A stretch of 64,000 bases of DNA. Origin: Bugula neritina. Its lineage: Eukaryota; Animalia; Bryozoa. The translations under genes were made by a program, and so were the position numbers. The notes below the pieces were generated by a model. That model was given only the letters and a program-made list of their open reading frames with translations. It was not told where the DNA came from and did no database searches. The stretch spans positions 17,281,875 through 17,345,874 of the forward strand of contig OZ037768.1 of assembly GCA_964035545.1 (NCBI GenBank). Direction: 5' to 3'. This document shows, piece after piece, positions 13,492-25,484 of the stretch (the first letter of the stretch is position 1; each line of letters starts with the position of its first letter).

Positions 13492-15004
13492 TCCTTTATG
13501 AGAACTAAGATGATGTAATATTTTCTGCATTGTTGGGAAACATTTTAATGAATGCTAACTCATTATCCTGCAACTGTTTTATATAAATTTAAAAGATGTA
13601 ACTTTTATACATTACTAATCCACTTTTATTATTTGAAATGAAATCTACATAATAAACATTATTATTATTAATTTTACACTCTAATCATGTCATACTTTTG
13701 TATGACCTCATTGTATATTTTTCTTTATTTATTTTGCAACATTCCTTTTTCTACTTATAGCTAGCAAATTATTGTAAACAATTTCCTTCTAAAAAAATTG
13801 AATAAAACACTTTTTACTCATAATACTGCTAACTTTATATCCAGGCTGTTCTAGATTCTAGAGGATTATTAATAGAACCCTCTAAGATGCAGTGTCTATA
13901 ATATGAGCAGCCAAACCTCAAGCGCATCTCCATAATGGTGTATGGCAGTTGCAGGTAATTTATTGTATCATTAGACACAGCCAAAGTATGTGAGGTGCTG
14001 CTATAAGTCATCGGGAGACTTGCCGAAATAAAAACAGATATTCATACAAAATAGCTACACATACAGTACAACTGTACTTACAAACAAGTCCAATGTATTC
14101 AAAGATAACATGAGTCATGGTAATTATGACTACTTTTAATATAAAAGGCTTTACTAAATTTCCACAGGCTTAGAATTTAGAGCCTAGTTCCAAAGTAAAA
14201 CCTAATATATTATTGTAGAGAAGCATAACTGGGACTAATCTCTGTATAAGTCTTGTAGCCTCTTTTATTAACAATTTAAAATCAAATATAGTTACAATAT
14301 GCATAGCTAATTAGTAAATACTGTAGCAGATGTGGTGCTGGTTATAATGGTTTGCACATGCAATACTATACATTAGCCTACAATAGTGGCAGCTTTCAGC
14401 CTGTATTGCAAAACAGCATCATCTGCTGAATGCGTCAGTTAAAATATTATTTATTATTATATATTAGGGCGTGATGCTATACCAACTCATGTGTACCAAT
14501 TTAGGGATATTTTTTAGTTTTCAGAGTACTACGTCAGTTGCTTTAAATAGACATGCATCATTCACTTTGTAAACAAGTGGAAGGAACGTCTTTCATCAGC
14601 TTAGAATTGATTGGTTACTGGCGTACTTATTATTTCAATATAAATGTTTTCTACCGATACGCTCCAATTTATCCCGGGCTAACCGTGTTAATAAAATACA
14701 ACAATTTATGACCAGAAAGCTAAATATAAAAACTTTTTAGTGTACTTTAATACTTTTTAAAGTTATTAGTTTAATAAGTTAAGCTATTATTTTTATTTAT
14801 TTTGTTTAGTTATTAGTAAGGTTTTCAAATTAGAGAGTTGAGCGCAATTTCAAATTATTACTGTTGTATGCATGCCGTGACTCATTGCTTTCCTTAGTAT
14901 TGAGCGCATAGATATAATAATATTATTATGTCTAATACAGCTAAAGGCGAGTAGCGCGTTGACATTAGCAGGCAGCTAGTAAAAGTAAAACTTCCCAACT
15001 AAAT

Positions 15005-16504
15005 ATGACGAAGACTAAGTTCCTCTCTGCCGAGTTGAAACCGGCTGAAACTTTATCAAGTAATCCACAATATACAGCTGTCAGAATAAACGATGGTGAA
15101 GAAACTCCTGCAAAAGTATGTTCTTTATTCCATATTGATATTTCATTAGATTCAGTTACAGTGTGAAGAGATAATAATTCAGAGTAGATTTCATGATAGT
15201 TGTTAACTGTTGGCTAGATTTTACTTTTTTCAGTGAATTTTTTGTTCTTCTAAACTGAATTATAGATCCCAGTTCTGTTTCTTTTTTACAGAGTCCTGAC
15301 ATAACCAGTTTTAGCTTATATGATTCTTACATCAATATAACTATAAGTAGTTGTTCAACTCTGATCAAATAGCATTAATTTTCTCAAACCCCCCCAATAC
15401 AAGCAAAGTTTGTTTAAGCAGGCATACGTGTTTAGAATGGAAATTATATGGACAAAAGTGTAATGGCTTGAAGACAAAAGTTTGCCCATCATGATAAAAA
15501 ATATTTGTAGAAAATTTAAATAAACAGGCGTATAAATAGAAGGATGTTGAGGACAATAATTTAAGGAGAATAAGGAGAAATATATAAGTATAGCAGAGTT
15601 TAGTTCTTAACTAGTCTCATGGTATTTTGTTGGTGCTTAGGTAACCCTATGCAGGGGAAACATTTAATACAGTAATGCTACATATTTAAGTCTCTGTTAG
15701 TTATGGCTAGATTTTTGTATATGTAGTGTTTATACCTATATTTATACTGTGGTCTTTTTAGAAATTCAAGTCATCTAGAGCTAGTAAAGTACCTTGTGGG
15801 ATTGAGACTAATGCACAATTCAAAAATGTAAAAAGTAAATTGAAGCAGCAAGTTTACATGACAGGAAGTTGATAGATATATCATGAAGACTTAGTTGATC
15901 TGGACTTGCACAATATGATTATTTTATGTAGGTTGATACGTCAGCAGCTACTTGTTGGTACGTTTGGGGTGTCATCTCAACCATCTTCTGCTGTCCGCCA
16001 TGTGGAGTGATTGGATTGGTCCATGCTATGATAGCTAAACATGAGGGAGAGAGAGGAAACTTTGCTGGTCACAGACAGAGACTTTACCAGGCTAAATGCT
16101 GGACCAGCTGGTCTATTGCTCTTGGACTGCTTGTACTAATTGCTACTGTAAGCTACTTCAGCAGCTTTGTATAAGCATATTAGATAAGAATACAGTTTCT
16201 CATGTCATTTACTAATTGCTATCCTAATTTTTTTTGCCATTTCTTCCTTCTAGTAAGCGATGGTTATCAGCTTTCATCGACTTAGACATGCAATATGTTT
16301 AATCCAATGAAAAAAGTTGTCATTTCTTGAAACCATATCTATTTGCAGACATTGTATGTTTGCTGGGTTTACGGGCTGTTTGACAGAGCTTGGACTTTTT
16401 TTTGTGGAACTGACAGCCTCTACTACTATGATGAAAGGTATTATATTAATGCTAATGGAACTTATAATGGCACATCCACTCCAGTACTCCTTTATAAGAA
16501 ATAA
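15005..16504 (+). CDS. CD225/dispanin membrane protein, cluster gene 4, ~160 aa
   Basis: Exons 15005-15115, 15932-16147 (FCCPPCG; 3 codons shorter) and 16349-16504 (TLYVCWVYGLFDRAWTFFCGTDSLYYYDERYYINANGTYNGTSTPVLLYKK*). Internal indels relative to genes 2/3 preserve frame. Confidence 0.85.
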
Positions 16505-18826
16505 AATGGTGTAATGTTTTCTACATTGTTAGTAAACATTTTAATGAATACCAGCTCATTATCGTGCAACTGTTTTATATGAATTTAAAATATGTAACTT
16601 TTATCCATTACTAATCCACTTTTATTATTTGAAATGAAATCTACATAATGAATAATATTATTATTCATTATACACTCTATCATGTTGTACTTTTGTATGA
16701 CCTCATTTTATATTTTTCTTCATTATTTTACAACATTCTTTTTTCACTCATAGCTAGCAAATCATTGTAAACAATTTCCTTCTAAAAAAATTGAATAAAA
16801 CACTTTTTACTCATAATGCTGCTAACTTTATATGCAGGCTGTTCTAGATTCTAGAGGATTATTAATAGAACACTCTAAAATATAAAAAGCTATGACAACT
16901 TCAGCCTATGCCATGTATATAATTCAGTTATAGCTGTATTTTAACACCAGGTATTATAACGGCAGCAGGAATAGTCAGTGTTGTGTGGTATTGTGCAATA
17001 ATGACTTATAATTGACTATATTAGAATTTGTGACATGCATCAAGTAAATAGATTATGAGTACACATAATATAGCTGTGATTGAGTTAGTCAAACATACAA
17101 TTTATGCATATACATTTCTAAATAGAACAGCTGCACATTTAACACATGATCAATATTTTTAATGTTCTTAATAGTTATAAGAAGATCAAAATGCATGTAG
17201 AGAATAAAATATTCAATATATTAATAGAAAGTAGGTAAAATGGGTTGGGAGAGCTGCAGTTGAGTAAGATAACAACTTTGATACGCAATGAAAAAGAATC
17301 TAACAGGCTGAAAGAAGTGATACATAATAAAGTATATTGTCAGAAAGAGTTACATAAAGATGTGCAAGATAAGGGTAAAGTTGGCTATGCTGTGTGAAAT
17401 AAAGAAGGGAGTAATGACACAGCATGTTGCAACCTAATAAAATCAATCAATCCTTTGTGAACATCTTTTGAAAAAGCAGATAATATAATTTAGACCTCAT
17501 TGACATATAATGGTCATTTCTAGTCTAGTTATAGTTGTATGAGGGAACAAATTTGATAAAATCTAGAAGCATATTATTAATCCCAGTGCTAAAGCATGTA
17601 AAACTTAGCAACTTTTACAGAGCATTGCATGATGACTTTGACCAGCGTGTTCTACTGCTATTATAGTTGGCAGCTCACAATAGTGTAAATCATAAGTTTG
17701 CCAACTGTCTGAGGCTTTTGTCTGCCAGTCTGCAAAGTTTTACAATAGTTGCTTTATAATATGCAAACTAATCTGTGATTTAATAAAATAATTAAAGAAC
17801 TTAGGCTATCTCAATTTCTCCACTACTCTCCTAAATGTGCGGTTTCTTCAAACTAGAGCTCCTACTGAAAGATAGGGAGTGTCAAATGGTCAAAAATTCA
17901 TTTATCTCTTTTTCCTCATAGACTCACAAAAAGCTTTTATATTTTTATTATTTGCTCTCATACCCGCATTATTCATGCTCTACCATTTGGTTCTGTACTG
18001 TAACTATGATATATATTCATTTCCGTACCCTTATTTCTCTCTCACCTATGCTTCTTATTCAATCTCATATTTTCATTATTTGGTCTTTCATTGTCACTCT
18101 CTTATGACTATTATTACTTCTCATACCCTTATTAATAATATTTTCTCAAGATAAAATAAAGAGTAAAATTTTCACCTTTTGGCACCTCATACTAGAACAC
18201 TGTAGCTCTCCTAAACCTACCTATAAAATATAGAGGCATTTGTTACCAGACTAAATGCAGGCAAAACTATTCCTAATCTAAGCCATCGATCTCTAGCCTG
18301 TTTTAGCTCTTGTGATATGCTAGACTTATAACTTTTTAGTTTTGACAGTAACTAAATAGTCAGTAATTGCTATCAAACTAAGTGAATATCTGCTTTTTAG
18401 AAGATGTGACCTTACTATTAAATCTAAGCAACCCTATAGTTTACTGACTATTATCCAACTGCAAATTTGAGACAGATGTACAGCAAAAAATTCAAATAAT
18501 ACTTTGTAAAATATTATTACAAGTGTTAAACATATCCGCTGAGTTTCTTGTGCACTTGAGCCCTAAGCTTACTGAGTATTTTAGTTGTAGATCGAGGAGA
18601 GTTCAAAAACTATATTGACTAAAATCTTTATAAGATTATTCAACGTAAGCATAATCATAGAATCTACACTAGTCAAACATAAAGCAGCAGGGCAAGAAAA
18701 TTTAGGAACGGTGCCAATTTCTTTATAACGCAACACCAAGAGAATCTAACATTATAATGTAGGTATGACATTGCAATATGTCATTTTACTTGAAAAACAG
18801 CCATTTCTACTTATGACATCAAAATA

Positions 18827-19045
18827 GGGAGCAGCCGTGGTCTAGAGGTGGGAGCGTTTGCCTAGTAAGCACGATGTCATGGGTTCGAACCCTGACAAAA
18901 GCCATTGATGATGTTAGGAAGAGCATTTAGTCATAATTGCTCCTGTGCCTCGTTTAAATAAGTCCTTATAGCCCACTTGGACAAAAACTCTTTCTATCAG
19001 GGGTTTCTCACAGGGATGGTGACTAAAAACTTCTGTGAGTGTAAG
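18827..19045 (+). mobile_element. tRNA-derived SINE
   Basis: Pol III A-box TGGTCTAGAGG (~18838) and B-box GGTTCGAACCC (~18882), followed by a non-tRNA body (GATGTTAGGAAGAGCAT...CAGGGGTTTCTCACAGGGAT) that recurs at ~41962-42125. Confidence 0.7.
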
Positions 19046-20258
19046 CTAGGCATCAAAATAACTCAGTATCTGCTTTTGGGTTTCTGTGTCAGTCCATTGT
19101 TGACTGTAGTAAACCCACATTGATATAATATACTGACTTATGTAAAAAAACATTGACACAGGTTAATTAGGACAGCTAATTTATTAAGTTCTAATGTAGG
19201 TCATTGACCTTATTGCTATTATAATATTCAATATTTCATTTGTTAGTAGGTTATTAAACCTAAGGTCAGTGCTGCTCAGCAAGGCAACAGACAAAGAGTG
19301 TGGGCAACAAACTGGGTACGAATGGATAAATAAAAGAGTTCTTTAACCCTTGTAGTGCTTTTCTTGGTATATATAAAAGGTTCTTCAACCTATGTGTAGC
19401 CTATAGTGCTTTCTTCTAAATATTCCAGTTTATTGAAATCATAATTATATACATAATTATTTTTGTTCAGTAGGACTTCTTATTGCAAATACTTAGCAAT
19501 TGCTGTATTTTGACATCCCTGTAGCTAACCAATATATTCTATTCCGTATTATTGGAACAGAAAATCCTATGCATAGTGACCCAGAAACACAGGTGTAGTT
19601 TACTAGATTGAAAACTAACCAATACTGTGCATGCTAATTCAACTCACGAGTGCAGTTATAACTACCAGATAATAGTTTTATACTGTTTTGTAATGTTTAT
19701 TGAACTCTAATTGTCAATATAATCAATAATTCAGAAGGGCGCATTATAACTATACTAGGTGCTTTTGTGTTTACTGCAGAATAAGATAACAATCTATGTG
19801 TTGTATAGCTGTGTGAATCATGGAAGCATTCTATATAATATATTACTAAAATGTTATTGCATTATGCAATCTTCATGCTTATTAGCTCTTTTATTCATAG
19901 AACTACAGTTAAACAATGTAAATATAATACTCTTGGATAGCTTAAACTCACAGGAAGATAATACAAGAAGAAAAAAAACTTTACTCCAAAAATATCTAGT
20001 CACACTAGAAAATTTATAGAATATTTTTTCTACTATCTTGACGATGTCCAGCCTTACAAAAATGTGCGGTAAAACTATCATGATAGCTAAGAATGTAACT
20101 TTGTATTGAAAGGATGACTAATTTATTAGAAGTTTCAGTTAGGATCTAAACATACAAATAAAAGTTTATAGTAATCTATTATGTTTTCCTTTTTTTTTCT
20201 ATTTTTTCTTATAATAAATGAGATTTTATCGTTTGAATCGGAATGATAGGAGAATATC

Positions 20259-21216
20259 TTAGTAAACGGGTGTTGGTTGAGGGAAGTAATCAGAGTTGTA
20301 GCTCGTTACGCCTCCATTGTCAATATGTGCCGCCTCATAGTCATCGTATCGGTAAAATGCACCAGCAGCCAGACATATGTATGCTACCTATCAAAAAATA
20401 GAACACCGTCGATATATTGTATTTATTACTACAGATATCATAAACTACTAAACTTACAGATACCATAAACTTACAATGTATAATTTCAAACTAAAAATAG
20501 TATGGTTAATAACAGTTGCATTACATCCCTTGCAGTGTGCAAAGAATATTTTATATTTTTTGACATATACTACAAAAAATGTCAGCACAAGTCAAACTGT
20601 GTTCTGTTTACTAATTACTGAGCAAGCAAAAAACACTCATGTACTAGTGTCTGCTAATGTATATAGTATTAAATAAGAAAGCAGAGGCAGCACCACCTAC
20701 AGGCAGCATTGTCTCAGCCGGCAGCTTTACTCACCACCAGAAGTGTGAAGATCAGTCCAAGTGCAATAGACCAGCTGGTCCAGCATTTAGCCTGGTAGAG
20801 TCTTTGTCTGTGACCAGCAAAGTTTCCTCTCTCTCCCTCTTGTTTAGCTATCATAGCATGGACCAATCCAATCACTCCACATGGCAGACAGCAGAAGATG
20901 GTTGAGATGACACCCCAAACATACCAACAAGTAGCTGCTGACGTATCAACCTACATAAAACATAGAACTGCTAGTACTAGCTTGTACGTTGTAATACAAG
21001 ATTTGTAAGCCCAAAATTCAGGTTTTTGCAAATTTTCTCTCATTTATATTCAGCTTAATTTTTATTACACAGAGGAGCTAAAAACTCTTATTTAGCCTTC
21101 TATAGAGTAGATATGAGACAACTCACCTGTGTGGGAACTTGAACGTCAGTAAACTCCACGGCCATATAGGCTGGGGAGGATTTCACCTTGGAGCTTGGCA
21201 TTGACGACTTGGTCAT
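20259..21216 (-). CDS. CD225/dispanin membrane protein, cluster gene 5, ~144 aa, acidic/Tyr C-tail
   Basis: Exons 21216-21127 (MTKSSMPSSKVKSSPAYMAVEFTDVQVPTQ|gtgagt), 20950-20735 (VDTSAATCWYVWGVISTIFCCLPCG...AKCWTSWSIALGLIFTLLV|gtgagt) and 20387-20259 (VAYICLAAGAFYRYDDYEAAHIDNGGVTSYNSDYFPQPTPVY*). Phase-0 GT-AG junctions. Confidence 0.85.
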
Positions 21217-22602
21217 GATGAAGTGCTAAGGAAAGTGGTGTGTCACTCTAGTGCAACTCTTTTCAATAACGAATATGAAGGCAACTAGCGTGCTTGTGGG
21301 TAAGAAGTATATTTGTAAGGATCAAGGAACTATATTGATCCAGCACGTAATAAATATTACTGTAACTCTTCTCAAAAGCGCTACAAAAATTATTTTTGTT
21401 TTAAACACTATTATAAATTAGAGTTTTGTACATATTTTTCAATGAATCAATTGTTATAATATTATATTCAAAATTAAGTAATGAAGCATATTTATACTGT
21501 TTTTTAGGAAGTAATATTAAATTAAAAGTAATTAAATGAAAATTCTTTTACTTGTGCCTTAACTGTATCATACATGTATAATATTTTAACTGGCAGTTCC
21601 ACAGAAACACTTAAGTGGAAAGATAAAAACTGTGAGGTAAAGCTTATCTCTTAACTATTCAACAGCGCAGGCATTATTTGTTTTGTGATGTTCATGTACA
21701 TATTATCAAGTACACTTGCCATGTAAAAGTAATATTATATCTACTTTATATAAATCTATGGAAACTAGCTCAGTGAAGAACATTGTATTTTAGTTGAATA
21801 AGAACTGTAAAAGTTTATTATAGTGAAATATGTGCTTAGCTTACAGTTCTTGTTTAGGCACTGCGTATCAAGCCATGACCACCCATTAGAACTTTTGTGA
21901 TAACAGTTATAATGCCGAGTCTATATTTACCTCAAATAAGTGTTATAATTAATTATTTCATAATATTACAATATTTTGGGGTAAATATTAGCAGTTGTAT
22001 TTACCCTTCTATGTTTACCCCTGAACTTACTTAAATACCTGAAATGGAAGCTAGCAACTATTGATACATGTGTACTTGTTGTAGCATTCTACTATCTACA
22101 TGAAATAGTAAATACTACTCTAGATTTGGTCATAGAGCAAATGGTAAAATATTTAGGTTTTGTATTACAGCTCTGTAGAAATGCATAGATACTACGATAA
22201 TATAATATAAGATGGTGCATTATAGAGAATAATTGTTTAGAAAATCATGAATTTTTTCATTAAAAAGATATTCTCAACAAATTTTAAGCTTATATATTTT
22301 ACCAAGTGACCCAAAACTTTCTTTGAAATATAATAGATGATTTATTTGGAAAAACCACTATTTTTTCCCATATCACTCCAAACACTTGTTATTAAAAACT
22401 TATGTTAAAGTAAGCTGATATCAAGAAGTATCAAATGAAACAATATCAATAAAAGTTTTAGAGTTAGAGAATCAAACACATTGAATTCAGAAAAATGTAT
22501 TATTTTATTAATGGTGATAATATATAATAAGTACAAAAATAAACTGCACAAACTTTCCAGGTGAAAAAAAATATCAATTTTGAATAATTAGTACAATTTC
22601 AT

Positions 22603-24114
<1,512 letters not shown>

Positions 24115-24653
24115 TGTTTCATAGAAACCTACATTTCACAATTATTTTTAGTTTAATTTTTGCAATCGCTAATCAAGTTTCAAGTCTCTTTCATATAAAC
24201 ATTATATGCAGTATACCTGATTTAGTGAGTTAACTATTGCGTCTAGTTGCTAACAGTTCCACTAATTAAACAGGCGAACAAACTTACCTGATAGACAGAG
24301 TAATGGCAACTAAGTTTTACCTGTGCTTCAGCTCCTATGAGCTCTGAAATCAATAGGTTTAATCTGTTAGCATTGCCATAAAAACATTGGTAGTGAAAGC
24401 AAAAAAAGTTCTATGCACACTTGGGTCAACAAAATCAAAAGAAATTATCCAATATCATGAATTGATTGATCGACCACGGCCATATTAAGTGAACCTGTTT
24501 AAACATTCCTTTCAAACATATTATTCTATATTCCTTCTGCCAAGAATAACTAGAATGACATTGCAAAATACATTTACATATGTTCAAATAGAAACCTCGG
24601 CCTAAATATAAGAATATTTACATAATAGCCATTGGAGATCCTTTGGAATAATT

Positions 24654-24717
24654 TTCTATAACCTGGTAGTTTACAAAACCTGCCATGGCATGTTTTGCAA
24701 ACTACCAGGTTATAGAA
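24654..24717. repeat. 64-bp near-perfect palindrome
   Basis: TTCTATAACCTGGTAGTTTACAAAACCTGCCA|TGGCATGTTTTGCAAACTACCAGGTTATAGAA: 32-bp arms, 2 mismatches, no loop. Confidence 0.9.
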
Positions 24718-25484
24718 TGGGTTGTTGCATAGAAGTTGCTGCAGTTGAAAAAATCAATACCCGTCATGCAAGTAATGGAATATTATATAATAGCTTTAAC
24801 TAATGTACTTCATGTACTCAGTCAAATGGAGAAGCTTAATGAAGAATTCATCTGTTCAGCTTGAATGAAAAACATATCACAGTTATATTGTTTAGAGTGA
24901 ATAAGACATACTTCATGACTTTGTAGCCACGAAAGTATGCTTTGGCAATAATTTATATTAAGGAAACAAAAAGACAATTCTGAGAAATTATTTATAGATT
25001 ACAAAAGCTAGGAAATACTGCAACTATTATAGAATTTTGTGAAATAGTATAACCTTATGCAATGCGTTGCATAGACTAGTATAGTTTTGCTAACAACAAA
25101 ACTGCATAAAGTTTTTCAGCTGCTATGAGCTGTTTTCCCTTATATTGCACTTATAATATGTATATTTTGTATATACAGTACAACATAGGCAGTGTCTTTA
25201 TCTAAAATGACAGTTTTGCACTTTTATAGTAATATTTTGGCTGTAATAAATACAACAGCAAACTGAGAGATCTATCAAATATAAGCTTTATTTTGTGGAT
25301 TGTATAAAAAATATATAATAAATATATATATGAAAAATATTAAAAACACAATGCACAAGCTATGTGATTTTCACAATAAGGTAAATAGCATCAAGGCATT
25401 ATATGTAACATGAAACCTTCAAATATTCTTAAAATAATATTGTTTTTTAATGGTGACCTTCAAACATCATTGAAATATTGTTTT

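Larger units (their letters stand above)
8003..16878 (+). repeat. Direct tandem triplication, ~2.95-kb unit, one CD225 gene per unit
   Basis: Units begin AAGATGCAGTGTCTATAATATGAGCAG at ~8003, ~10953 and ~13884 and end ...ATTAATAGAAC(C/A)CTCTAA. Units 1 and 2 are nearly identical; unit 3 is more diverged, with indels. Confidence 0.95.

Noticed and set aside
9069-13530. Repeated minus-strand ORFs 9069..9341, 10390..10599, 12001..12207 and 13321..13530
   Set aside because: They are antisense shadows of exons 1 and 3 of the + strand CD225 genes and recur only because of the triplication.
18827-18900. tRNA gene
   Set aside because: A and B boxes are present, but there is no convincing acceptor stem and the sequence runs into a body repeated elsewhere, so it is called a SINE.
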